60,215 nucleotides of DNA from a virus (taxonomy: Duplodnaviria > Caudoviricetes): the IMG/VR virus record IMGVR_UViG_3300012893_000001, positions 1 through 60,215 of that record; one strand, 5' to 3'. Below, piece by piece: positions 10,701-17,392 of the stretch. Each line of letters starts with the position of its first letter. Position 1 is the stretch's first letter. Under the pieces are notes generated by a model. The model made no database searches. It saw only the letters and a list, made by a program, of their open reading frames with translations, and had not been told where the DNA came from. The position numbers and the translations under genes were made by a program.

Positions 10701-11545
10701 GCGCCCTTCTTCATGATCAGCCCGAGCGGGACGGCTTCGGTCAATGGCTCCATCGCAGCAAATACCGTGGCGCGGTCTTGAGCCTGCACAGGGTTCAAGC
10801 CTTTGTCGATACTATCCTGATAGTACTGACCGTAGGCCTGACCGGTCATTGTGCCCAGACCGACAGCCGGGGACCGCGTCAGCATAGCCAGACCGATAGG
10901 GCCAGCCATGTCCGCCGTCGCGCCGGTGATTGCGCTCACGATACCTTTAGCGGACCATTCGTCAGTGTGCGGGGTGTTGGCGGCAATCTCACCGGAGAGT
11001 TTCAGGGCTTTGTCCCGGGAGGCCACGAAGTCAGGATCCTGCTGCAAATTGGCGACTTTCATTTTGTCAATCATTGCGTAGAGCGCTTTATTTTTAGCGA
11101 GCTTTGTCTCATACGAATCATTGTCATTCGGCAGCACTTGGTCAGGCGTCACACCCAGCTGCGCCATCTGCGCGGTTGCACCTTCCACGCCTGCCTGTGC
11201 AGCTTTGGCGAGGTTCTGCGCGGTCATACCCGTCACGCCCTGCGCGGTATTCTGCGCCTGTACCGCGATACCCTGCTTAATACCTTCCCATGCGCGCTGT
11301 GCGCGGGTAGGCATATTGGAGAGGGATTTGGTTACGACGTTATACCACGACGCTTCTGGCGCGTCACCGGAGGTGTCTGCGGGCGCGGTAGGCAGCGGAG
11401 GAAGCTTTAAGGATTTGAGGTCAGGCAGCTTGATACCAGACGTTGCCGCAGGCGTAGCCGGGGTCTGATTGGTGTCGTCCTGTGTGGCCGATGGCAGCGG
11501 AGGAAGGTTCAGGCTGGCAATCGGTGGCAATTTGATTTCTGGCAT
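4754..11545 (-). CDS. large polyvalent internal virion/ejection protein (zincin-like HExxxH domain, C-terminal LPD38-like domain)
   Basis: 2263 aa; HEIIAHYGLR near 7871-7888; C-terminal YWIIP...IPKPFE.G.LF...ER..E and DFF..RPIV motifs; last gene of the ejection cluster. Confidence 0.75.
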   Translation of the reverse strand: MPEIKLPPIASLNLPPLPSATQDDTNQTPATPAATSGIKLPDLKSLKLPPLPTAPADTSGDAPEASWYNVVTKSLSNMPTRAQRAWEGIKQGIAVQAQNTAQGVTGMTAQNLAKAAQAGVEGATAQMAQLGVTPDQVLPNDNDSYETKLAKNKALYAMIDKMKVANLQQDPDFVASRDKALKLSGEIAANTPHTDEWSAKGIVSAITGATADMAGPIGLAMLTRSPAVGLGTMTGQAYGQYYQDSIDKGLNPVQAQDRATVFAAMEPLTEAVPLGLIMKKGANALSDLGKSAIAEGAQEAVTQALQNGYDIGVLNDKMTVGEFLKDVAYNGIVGAGAGGAIHGTIHAPGMLSGKSGETVADTVNQNAPGQTVPVPEGEYDAMAAEAGTVPPPAAPKPEVTPDQFAAYQAQRQAGAAPRDALDALKQQVAQPGAEGDALSQLASQVMQPRDAAKALGYGLDQMQIPAYLRQQPDDVAAALRGENSKTPQQLVEDQLAQGDVGPTPGETLGLPAPGKTSVIAMPGEIAPPVDMTNRTQINSPVDERAPSMASRGVKPPSDFSNLAPLPGEKNATETPVFSRELPVAQTAAPDVRAATGDVSGIKLPPLPKPINDSVAPVVEDKNNATETPVVGSEVQPAESPVVNRTPDVAGIKLPPLPSAPDSTIVAPAVEAKPTMAQRGRETAAQKAARLPDATVGESVSTAEETPVTPKAPSVPFSAKKKGNPVEITNQMVKDAADRGVAPGAKVEWNGNQYTVDKIQGRAARLVDENGNANVAALEEVRPTEAAKSPRIREATPAETVNNTVTERLLGYREAVTHTLSKPLSEFESREALDNEFHSKYGAHLTPDSKLYDQYADAVENNTDKTSDAAMSQLVNNPGHIRKDLSDNQKDQAADAALDAARAAGEEGSAAFNRAYVETYRNWGKKSAAARKADVVARLSYSPENSQAESFTEGMKPAARANALKHLSKESLSLDGTADIEQRVRQYVDKGAVVERGPFGHDQLKVQGSYALRQDTVGKTGVEYGKHLIAMRDAKPAAESDAFVPRAQYLVDQAKVSAAMRKPIASQKGRSAVDIVASGFTPDAPNHWQVIQRNDGTYGIKDNPNSSGSYQTTKAVYDLYNQVKDLNHATLSKKIPSVTKSAPSSKKSLTPAQVTKAYQSFTKDMKGAENLKFTVVEKQSELGLPDDGSTYMAFYNPGGVEVIAVAENLHSEEEAHAQFRHEIIAHYGLRARLSKEQYDAQMDRITAAEGKDKRLDPYFKQVRENYADVYDQNSPDGQRMIAEEVVAAVAENPAEAQKIGVVRQVLEAIRKMLVKAGLLTDRATYQDVADLVKANTEYLRKTTIDPDDVRRSIAPMRFETPNDMSPSLRKDRRVEDAVAPDDIKEGMRKVLHVEEGSLTSTINAIMDNNVRKEAAHNAYQSMVDDLSPIAQYERMKTGGDLNVGAESAYKMATNSRQINSIIASAMNVGTPMWSPKGDIVTRPGTKGLMQIFEPIAKMKGNQLALWEYWAGAVRANRLLKEGRENLYTQEDVDKVTSYVNSKPELRKAFNEAHKEYQQFKTELLDFAEQSGTLDPAARKIWDKDDYVPLYRVADELDRTTAPGGAGRSFTNQSTGIKTLKGGTGKVDIINNILRNASHMIQSSYNNRVGQMVVDLAEGIGMEKVPVQFKPVDIKNAEMKKAMNELGISINGMDKTMSEEYSKMFTTAPPVGKDIVSVMFDGKRQYYRVTDPSLMRAINQVGPRTVNTIMRVLGWPKQLLTRTVTATPGFVLRNITRDILGNYVTQTQAAGRRGVGQIIADSLTMRPIITALKGSIDTIRESGNVHAYRQSGGFSGGYDGARPDALAKQLRGMTKENFLKKSVHKLVGGFEKGLEAGEMGTRMAVYNDVLKKTGSVTEAAYQANDVMNFSRRGDSQVLSFFLNTVPFMNARIQGFDRLVRGAKDDSRSFMLKGALIAAGTMALMAMNRDDERYWALNEQVRNNYWIIPTQGGFVQIPKPFEVGTLFGTVLERGYEAATRDDKVFWNSMQDLALNTFAMNPIPQAISPIVQDVFNKDFFMDRPIVSEGMKYQEAPDQADAYTPQLLADLAKKLPESFPDFLRSPVRLQHLLEGYTGSVGQYVLASADSMYRMGVSDNVSPARPEGDYPVADIFRKPDNKSSKYVSRVYDMQQMTRKANATIKTYKERHDYDGVEAARDKYADEIGASKGIEKAAKRLSDLSRQSKDILADSTLTAEEKRTQLDAITVKKNEIAKTVNDKYWRELKK
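9576..9838 (-). repeat. degenerate ~50-aa tandem repeat (NATETPV...GIKLPPLP)
   Basis: 21-bp GACAGGCGTTTCAGTTGCATT at 9659 and 9818; GGAAGyGGyGGCArTTTGATTCCAG at 9576 and 9726. Confidence 0.8.
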
Positions 11546-11622
11546 TTTGTAAGCTCCCCGTTAGCGATATGAAATCATATCACAGCCCCCGGCTATTGTA
11601 AGCCCGGGGGTAAGTTTCGGTG

Positions 11623-11660
11623 AGTCTACACTGGGCTTTTGCGCCCTGCAAGGATTATTT
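11623..11660 (-). promoter_or_regulatory. early-type sigma70 promoter upstream of the polyvalent protein gene
   Basis: AAATAATCC-TTGCAG-17 nt-TAGACT; first 19 nt identical to the promoter at 44417. Confidence 0.7.
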
Positions 11661-11662
11661 CG

Positions 11663-12529
11663 TTATTTAAAGTACGGGGCGTAGTCCGGGTCACTTTTCA
11701 TAGCCTGAATCAGCTGGTCATCCGACACGCCCGGGTTGGCTTGCTTCGCAGCTTGTAGCAACTGCGCTGCCGCCCCAGTCAGACCCGGCGTTGCACCGGC
11801 TTCCGGGATAGCGGTAGTCGGTTTAGCAGATGCAGCCGGAACTGCCGGAGCGCCCCCAGTGCCGTCGTCAGATGCCGGAGCGCCGCCCTGTTGCTTCTGC
11901 TGATTCAGATATTCTTGTTTAAATGCGGCTTTGGCCTGAGTCTTACTTCCGCCATAATCTTTAAACGTCTCTTTATCAGAAGTGAACAGGCTGGACAAAT
12001 CATTCGCTTTGTCGTTGGCGTAAGTGTCCGCAGCTTTGTCCAGATCCTTCTTATCTTTAGGAGACATCTCCGCGCCCGGAACGTCGCTCGGATTGACCAC
12101 CTTCTGCGAACCGTCCCGATAGGTGACCATATACTGTCCAGTCGGATCGCCTGCCTCATTCATAACTTTTACAGGCGCGCCGACCACATCTTTGCTTGGG
12201 TCACGGGCGGCTGCGCGCTCACGGGAGGCTGACGCCCCGATGTTTGCCGCTTGCAAGGTCGTAGCGTTATTGCCCGCCGCGATTTTCTCACGAGAAGCCA
12301 GCTCGGTCGCATTCTGCCCGGCGGTAAATTCGTTCTGGTTTTTCTGCTTATCAACGTCGTAGGCGTTCAGCGTCTTGTCACGATCGGCTTGCAGATTGGA
12401 CTGGAATTTAGCCAGCGCCTGCTCACGCGCCTGTGCGATAGCCTGTTTATTCTGCTCGCGCAAATCTTCGGCGCGGCCACCTGCTGCACCTTCCACCGCG
12501 CCTACCAGCATTGAGTCAAAGAGTCCCAT
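11663..12529 (-). CDS. putative ejection/internal virion protein
   Basis: N-terminal Gly/Ala helix, Q-rich coiled coil, position in the ejection cluster. Confidence 0.6.
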   Translation of the reverse strand: MGLFDSMLVGAVEGAAGGRAEDLREQNKQAIAQAREQALAKFQSNLQADRDKTLNAYDVDKQKNQNEFTAGQNATELASREKIAAGNNATTLQAANIGASASRERAAARDPSKDVVGAPVKVMNEAGDPTGQYMVTYRDGSQKVVNPSDVPGAEMSPKDKKDLDKAADTYANDKANDLSSLFTSDKETFKDYGGSKTQAKAAFKQEYLNQQKQQGGAPASDDGTGGAPAVPAASAKPTTAIPEAGATPGLTGAAAQLLQAAKQANPGVSDDQLIQAMKSDPDYAPYFK

Positions 12530-13233
12530 TATTGTGCCCCCATAGCGCTGGACATCACGCCCTGTTGTTCAGGGATGCCGCCATCGTCAGGACGGTCACC
12601 TTCGTTGTTCGGCTGGTCTGCATCGCCAGCGGTATCCAGCTGTGCCGCGTCACCCGCTTCCTGTTGAGCCAGCTTGGCCGAGTCAGGAGAATTCTGGACG
12701 ATCTGTGTCAGGATGTTCTGGTATTCGGTTTTCTCATCCGGCTGCAAAGAGCTGTCCACGTTTTGCAGGAACATGCCCATACCGATCAACATCCCGGCTT
12801 CGGCGGTAGTATCCGCTTCTTTCGGGGAAACCGTTTTGTTCGCCAGACCGATATCAGTCATTTGATCTGCCAGCTGCCGGGCGCAGTCCACCATTACCAG
12901 CGGTTCCGGCATCTGCTGTTTGCTGCGGTATGCGGCCAGTGCGCCCATCAGGAGCATACTGGTATATGCACCCACGATGGCTGACGGGTCTGAGTCCTGC
13001 TGTAACATCTGGTCATTGATTTTGTCCGCCAGACCTTTCTGCCACAGCTCGCCGCTCAGGAGCATCATGATTTTATCAGACTGTTTCTGATAGTCGCCAC
13101 CGTCGCCAAGGCGTCCATAGGAGTCCGGCGCGGGGGATGGCCCACCTTGTGGCGGCGCACCCGGCGCTTGTGCGTTTGGGTCTTGCTGTGGCGCGGGTGC
13201 TGCCCCGGCGTTCATGGTGTCCATCATCGACAT
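12529..13233 (-). CDS. putative internal virion protein
   Basis: Pro/Gln N-terminus, helical core, acidic tail; coupled ORF. Confidence 0.55.
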   Translation of the reverse strand: MSMMDTMNAGAAPAPQQDPNAQAPGAPPQGGPSPAPDSYGRLGDGGDYQKQSDKIMMLLSGELWQKGLADKINDQMLQQDSDPSAIVGAYTSMLLMGALAAYRSKQQMPEPLVMVDCARQLADQMTDIGLANKTVSPKEADTTAEAGMLIGMGMFLQNVDSSLQPDEKTEYQNILTQIVQNSPDSAKLAQQEAGDAAQLDTAGDADQPNNEGDRPDDGGIPEQQGVMSSAMGAQ

Positions 13234-13235
13234 AA

Positions 13236-13709
13236 TTATTGCCCCTGTTGCTGTGGTTTGTTGAGCATGTTCATGAGGTTCATGCGCACCGAATTGAGGT
13301 CAACCGGCTGGCGCGTAGCCTCCCACGAGGCATTATCCGTAACGCTTGGCTGCGCCTGCGTCGAATTACCGACGCCCATAGCATCGCTCATTGTACCCAT
13401 AGTGGCACCACCGACGCCAGCAGTACCAGAATTGGAATCGTTACGCACGCGGGTATCTCCGCCCACGCGCTTCTGTGTGTCGTCGCCACGTTGGCGGAAA
13501 CTCACGGTCAGGCCAGTAGATCCCTGCGCATTCTTGCCATACGGGTCAGCAGCGATTTCAGCGTTGGATACCGTACCGCTGTTATTAGTCACGCCCAGAT
13601 CACCCGTCTGCACAATAGTGCCCGGGGCTGCGGCGGCAGACGCGGATGCCGTTGTGCCTTCCTTCGCTGCCTTTTCTTTGTTGGTTGGATAGTAAGTATT
13701 GCTGCCCAT
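13236..13709 (-). CDS. putative internal virion protein (low complexity)
   Basis: G/T/S/N-rich; coupled in the operon. Confidence 0.55.
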   Translation of the reverse strand: MGSNTYYPTNKEKAAKEGTTASASAAAAPGTIVQTGDLGVTNNSGTVSNAEIAADPYGKNAQGSTGLTVSFRQRGDDTQKRVGGDTRVRNDSNSGTAGVGGATMGTMSDAMGVGNSTQAQPSVTDNASWEATRQPVDLNSVRMNLMNMLNKPQQQGQ

Positions 13710-14629
13710 TAGATGAGTCCCCCAAAGTTTTTATAGGCGTCTGAGAAATCACTGGCGTGCTCAAAAGATGTCGGCGCGGTCATGGCGGAGGACATCGGAG
13801 ATGTGTCCACGGCGTACCCGCTGTTATTGGCGTTGCCCGTTGCCCCCTGCACGCTTCCGGTGACCGGCCCGCTGAATGACTGTTTAGTGGTGCCTTCGAA
13901 TGCTGTTGGGTTGGCCGCTCGCTGCATCGCGTAGGACGTGCCGCCGGTGATCATGCTCGCCAGTGCTGCGCCGATAGGGCCGAGGGCCAGACCCGCCGCA
14001 GCGGAAGCCAGACCACGGGTCGTACCAGAGAGGCCAGCGTCAGTGGATCCGGTTACGCCAGAATTGTACGCGGCGGCAGTGTCCGGGTTACGGGCTGATG
14101 GGCTGCTCATAGTCCGCGCCACACCTTCCCCGACCAGACTACCGACACCCGGAACCGCACCGAATGCGGTACGTGCCATGCCCTGATTAGTGTTGTCCGC
14201 GTAACCTGCTTGGTACGCCGACCGTTGCGCCGGGGTTTGGTTCGGGGCGCGGGTGCCTTCGTTCGGTGCCGCAGACTTAGCTGTGCCGAATGCTGAATTT
14301 ACCGCGTTCTGAATGCCCGCCTGAATGCCGGACGGTGCGGACGTGGTGCCACGCGCTGCCGCAGTCGCCGCCTGCAATCCACCCATGACGCTGTTGCCAG
14401 CCAGCTGTCCCTTATTGCTGTCCGCACTCGCAGCCGTGCCTGTAGTCGCGGCGCTCATGGATGACGTCATATTTCCCGCAGGTGCGGAGGAATTCCCGGA
14501 AGAAGCGTTGTTCCCGCCGCCATTACCGGAGGGGCCAGACGCTTTGCCTGACCCGCTGTTGATGCCGCTGCCGATGGACCCCATGTTGCTGCTGCTGGAC
14601 ATGGACCCGTTATTGTTCGCCATTGCCAT
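13709..14629 (-). CDS. putative ejection protein with Gly-zipper membrane helices
   Basis: S/G/N-rich N-terminus; GAVPGVGSLVG and AAAGLALGPIGAALASMITGG. Confidence 0.6.
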   Translation of the reverse strand: MAMANNNGSMSSSSNMGSIGSGINSGSGKASGPSGNGGGNNASSGNSSAPAGNMTSSMSAATTGTAASADSNKGQLAGNSVMGGLQAATAAARGTTSAPSGIQAGIQNAVNSAFGTAKSAAPNEGTRAPNQTPAQRSAYQAGYADNTNQGMARTAFGAVPGVGSLVGEGVARTMSSPSARNPDTAAAYNSGVTGSTDAGLSGTTRGLASAAAGLALGPIGAALASMITGGTSYAMQRAANPTAFEGTTKQSFSGPVTGSVQGATGNANNSGYAVDTSPMSSAMTAPTSFEHASDFSDAYKNFGGLI

Positions 14630-14922
14630 TATTTGACCCCCATCGTGTTCGCCATGTTGCCGTTAAGCAGCACCCCCGGCTTGAACGTGGATAGGCCAGT
14701 GGTGAAGTCTCCGGCATTGTACGCGCTCGGTGCGACCTTGCGGTCTTGGGAGTCAGCGAACTGCTGTTTCAGCAAGTCGTACTGCTGCCCCTGCTGTTTG
14801 TATTGCAGGTACGCGCCGTAGCCCTTGGCTGCGCCGGTGATGGCATCCAGTGCCGCCTGATTGTTACTTAACCAATCCAGCCCTTTTGAGGCGGTATCTA
14901 AGAACGAATCGAAAAAGCTCAT
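14629..14922 (-). CDS. putative small ejection protein
   Basis: Amphipathic N-terminus; coupled ORF. Confidence 0.55.
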   Translation of the reverse strand: MSFFDSFLDTASKGLDWLSNNQAALDAITGAAKGYGAYLQYKQQGQQYDLLKQQFADSQDRKVAPSAYNAGDFTTGLSTFKPGVLLNGNMANTMGVK

Positions 14923-14931
14923 GATGTCCCC

Positions 14932-15840
14932 TTAAAGGCTGTCAGCCCAACTGGTAGTCGCGCCGTAAATCTGTTGCAGCGCGGCGAGGTTAGTGTTGCG
15001 GTTAGAGATTTCCTGAGCGACCAGTTTATCTTTGTCCGCCTGTTTCAGGTTGGCGTTGGATGCAATGTTGTTCAGGTTGACGGAGCTGTTGTTAAGCAGC
15101 GTGTTGGCCGCGTCAGTGTACGCCCCGCGTGAGTTGGCCTGAATAGACTGGGCGAACTGTGCGGATTGTTTAGCTGAGTCAGCCTGCGTCTGCGCCAGAG
15201 ACTGCTGGAACTGATTAGCCTGATTGCTGATCTGCTGCTGATTCTGCTGCGCCGTCGTCTGGAACTGGCTATTTTGGTTATTAATCTGCTGCTGATTTTG
15301 CCCGGCAGTCACGCCAAACTGGGCGTTCTGGTTATTGATCTGTTGCTGATTCTGCCCGGCAGTTGTATTGAACTGGTTTTGGTTCTGCGCCAGTGACTGG
15401 CCGAACTGCGTGTTCTGGTTAGTGATCTGCTGCTGATTCTGCCCGGCAGTTGTATTGAACTGGTTTTGGTTCTGCGCCAGTGACTGACCGAACTGTGAGT
15501 TCTGATTGTTGATCTGCTGCTGACTCAGGTTTGCGCCCACGTCCGTTCCGTAGATGCTGGTAGCCTGATCGGCTGCGGACTGTGCCAGAGGTAACGCGGC
15601 TTGCGCCTGCGCTCCTTGCGCTGCGCCCACCGCCATTGAGCTATTCATGAGGCCACGTGCTGCCGCCTGACGGTTGGCCTGCGCCGCTGCCTGCTGCATT
15701 AACGGGCTGTTAGTGGCTGTCAGTCCTGAATAGATATCAGTGACCGATTGCGGGCGCTGGATAGAAGAAGACCCCACCGCAGTCGCAGACGACGATGGTG
15801 TTGCGGTTACTGTTTGATCTGCTGTCTGAGTGGTAGCCAT
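14932..15840 (-). CDS. Q/N-rich DNA transfer (pilot-like) protein
   Basis: AARGLMNSSMAVGA motif of podoviral ejection proteins; Q/N repeats. Confidence 0.65.
   Translation of the reverse strand: MATTQTADQTVTATPSSSATAVGSSSIQRPQSVTDIYSGLTATNSPLMQQAAAQANRQAAARGLMNSSMAVGAAQGAQAQAALPLAQSAADQATSIYGTDVGANLSQQQINNQNSQFGQSLAQNQNQFNTTAGQNQQQITNQNTQFGQSLAQNQNQFNTTAGQNQQQINNQNAQFGVTAGQNQQQINNQNSQFQTTAQQNQQQISNQANQFQQSLAQTQADSAKQSAQFAQSIQANSRGAYTDAANTLLNNSSVNLNNIASNANLKQADKDKLVAQEISNRNTNLAALQQIYGATTSWADSL
15200..15522 (-). repeat. 87-nt and 54-nt tandem coding repeats
   Basis: AGTTGTATTGAACTGGTTTTGGTTCTGCGCCAGTGACTG at 15361 and 15448 (period 87 nt = 29 aa). Confidence 0.85.
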
Positions 15841-15869
15841 TCTTACTCTCCCTGTTTGATCTGCCTATT

Positions 15870-16703
15870 TTAACCGACTCGCACCCAGATAGAAACAGAT
15901 AACACGCGGGTGGCTAAGTTGCCGTTGGTCGGCGTCGTTACCGCGTTGATGGGTGCCCATACCCCGCCAGAGAATTGGGGTGACCCCGGTTCCCCCGCAG
16001 CGTTACACGCGATAAGGTTCATGTTACTACCCAGAGGCACCCCGACACCCCGGGGGAATAGCGCCGGTGGTGTACCAACGATGTTGTAGCGTAACGAGGC
16101 CATTAGCATCGAACCAATTGGAGGAGATACTGGCGCATTTGGAACCGGTACGTGTGTCAGGCGGAAATTGTTAAACCTGCTTACCACGGAATCGGTAGCG
16201 ATAGCTCCATTCAGAACCTGCGCCACGTTGCCTCCCAGAAGTGGGCCGACGCCCGGGGCGATGATTGCAGAATACACGACGCCCGCCTTAAATGTACCCA
16301 CCGGATACGGCTGCAAATTGGCATCCAACATGCTGATGATGGCGAACAGCTTGGCGGTAGGGTCGTTGATGTCCACTTTATCTGATACGAAAATAGACGC
16401 CTGACCACCTACGTTATCCGCCGGGAGTGTGAAAGAAAAGGTCAGGCCTGTCGGTGCCGGGGTGCCGGTAAGCGCGTTACCCGGAAATGACGGGATTGTA
16501 AAAACATATTGGTCAGGGTATGGAACACCTGACGGATCCAGCGCGGAGGTCAGTTCTTTGAAATAGGTCAACCCCAGAGCGATGTCCGGCTGGATTTGGT
16601 CAAAGCCCCGTTCCACATGATCCAGTTCCCGGTTATACGGGCGTGGGTCGAGTGTGGAGAAGGGCACAGCTTTCTCAGACAGGTTGTAGTATGAGTTAGC
16701 CAT
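15870..16703 (-). CDS. tail appendage protein (paralogue 2)
   Basis: Likely start MANSYYNL at 16703; N-terminus resembles the neighbour (N.EL..V..GFD). Confidence 0.65.
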   Translation of the reverse strand: MANSYYNLSEKAVPFSTLDPRPYNRELDHVERGFDQIQPDIALGLTYFKELTSALDPSGVPYPDQYVFTIPSFPGNALTGTPAPTGLTFSFTLPADNVGGQASIFVSDKVDINDPTAKLFAIISMLDANLQPYPVGTFKAGVVYSAIIAPGVGPLLGGNVAQVLNGAIATDSVVSRFNNFRLTHVPVPNAPVSPPIGSMLMASLRYNIVGTPPALFPRGVGVPLGSNMNLIACNAAGEPGSPQFSGGVWAPINAVTTPTNGNLATRVLSVSIWVRVG

Positions 16704-17392
16704 TATGTAACCCTCGTGAACTGCGTGACGCGTGACGCGGAAGCGGTGGCGCTGCCGGTGCATGAGCCAGAGGCTTGCCACGTGCTGCCTACCGGGATAG
16801 TGCCAGCCGTTACTGTGCCCGCAAAATTAGCGAACGCCAGTTGCGCCGCCGGGACAATCGTACCGGAAAGAACCGTCTGCGCTGTCGTAACGGCCAGTAG
16901 GCAGATCCCGCCGACAGTTGTCGCCCCGAAGTCTGTGCGGTATACGGTGCCCGCTGTCTGTAACGTAACAGCCGATGCGACGATATTGGTAACCTGAAAA
17001 TACGTGCCGTCATAGCGCAAGTCATAGATGACACCCGGCACCAAATCGTTAGCCATCAGCGCGGTCATCTGAGGGGATCGAATTTCTTTCAGCCCCATCC
17101 CGTTGACGTTAATCTGCGCCGCGCCCGTGTTCGCCACCGGGAACTGCACCAGTACGCCAAGCCCCACGGAATACTCCAGTACCGATGTGGTGGCGGGTAA
17201 TGCCAGCGCGAAGGAGTTAGTCGTCACAACCGTGGCCGCGCCATATCTCCCGTTGTCATAAAATAGCTGGGTCGGAGTAGGCAGCTTATCAAAGCCCGCT
17301 TGCACCGCCAGCATCGTGTTGTTGAACTGGGCGGAGGCGACCTTGGTGCCGGATTGCGCCGGGTCATCGTAGTTAAAATATGAGTTAGTCAT
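16703..17392 (-). CDS. tail appendage protein (paralogue 1)
   Basis: MTNSYFNY...AVQAGFDKLP; ANTGAAQINVNG.G...YDGTYFQ is a tail-fibre-type motif. Confidence 0.7.
   Translation of the reverse strand: MTNSYFNYDDPAQSGTKVASAQFNNTMLAVQAGFDKLPTPTQLFYDNGRYGAATVVTTNSFALALPATTSVLEYSVGLGVLVQFPVANTGAAQINVNGMGLKEIRSPQMTALMANDLVPGVIYDLRYDGTYFQVTNIVASAVTLQTAGTVYRTDFGATTVGGICLLAVTTAQTVLSGTIVPAAQLAFANFAGTVTAGTIPVGSTWQASGSCTGSATASASRVTQFTRVT

Noticed and set aside
4754-11545. Giant protein as a virion RNA polymerase or DarB-like methylase/helicase
   Set aside because: No polymerase, methyltransferase or helicase motifs recognised
13239-13712. + strand ORFs mirroring the ejection genes
   Set aside because: The - strand ORFs are translationally coupled in one operon; the + strand products look like shadows
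15180-15522. Tandem repeats as a possible CRISPR array
   Set aside because: They are in-frame coding repeats with no unique spacers; the Cas4-like gene belongs to the standard phage replication module
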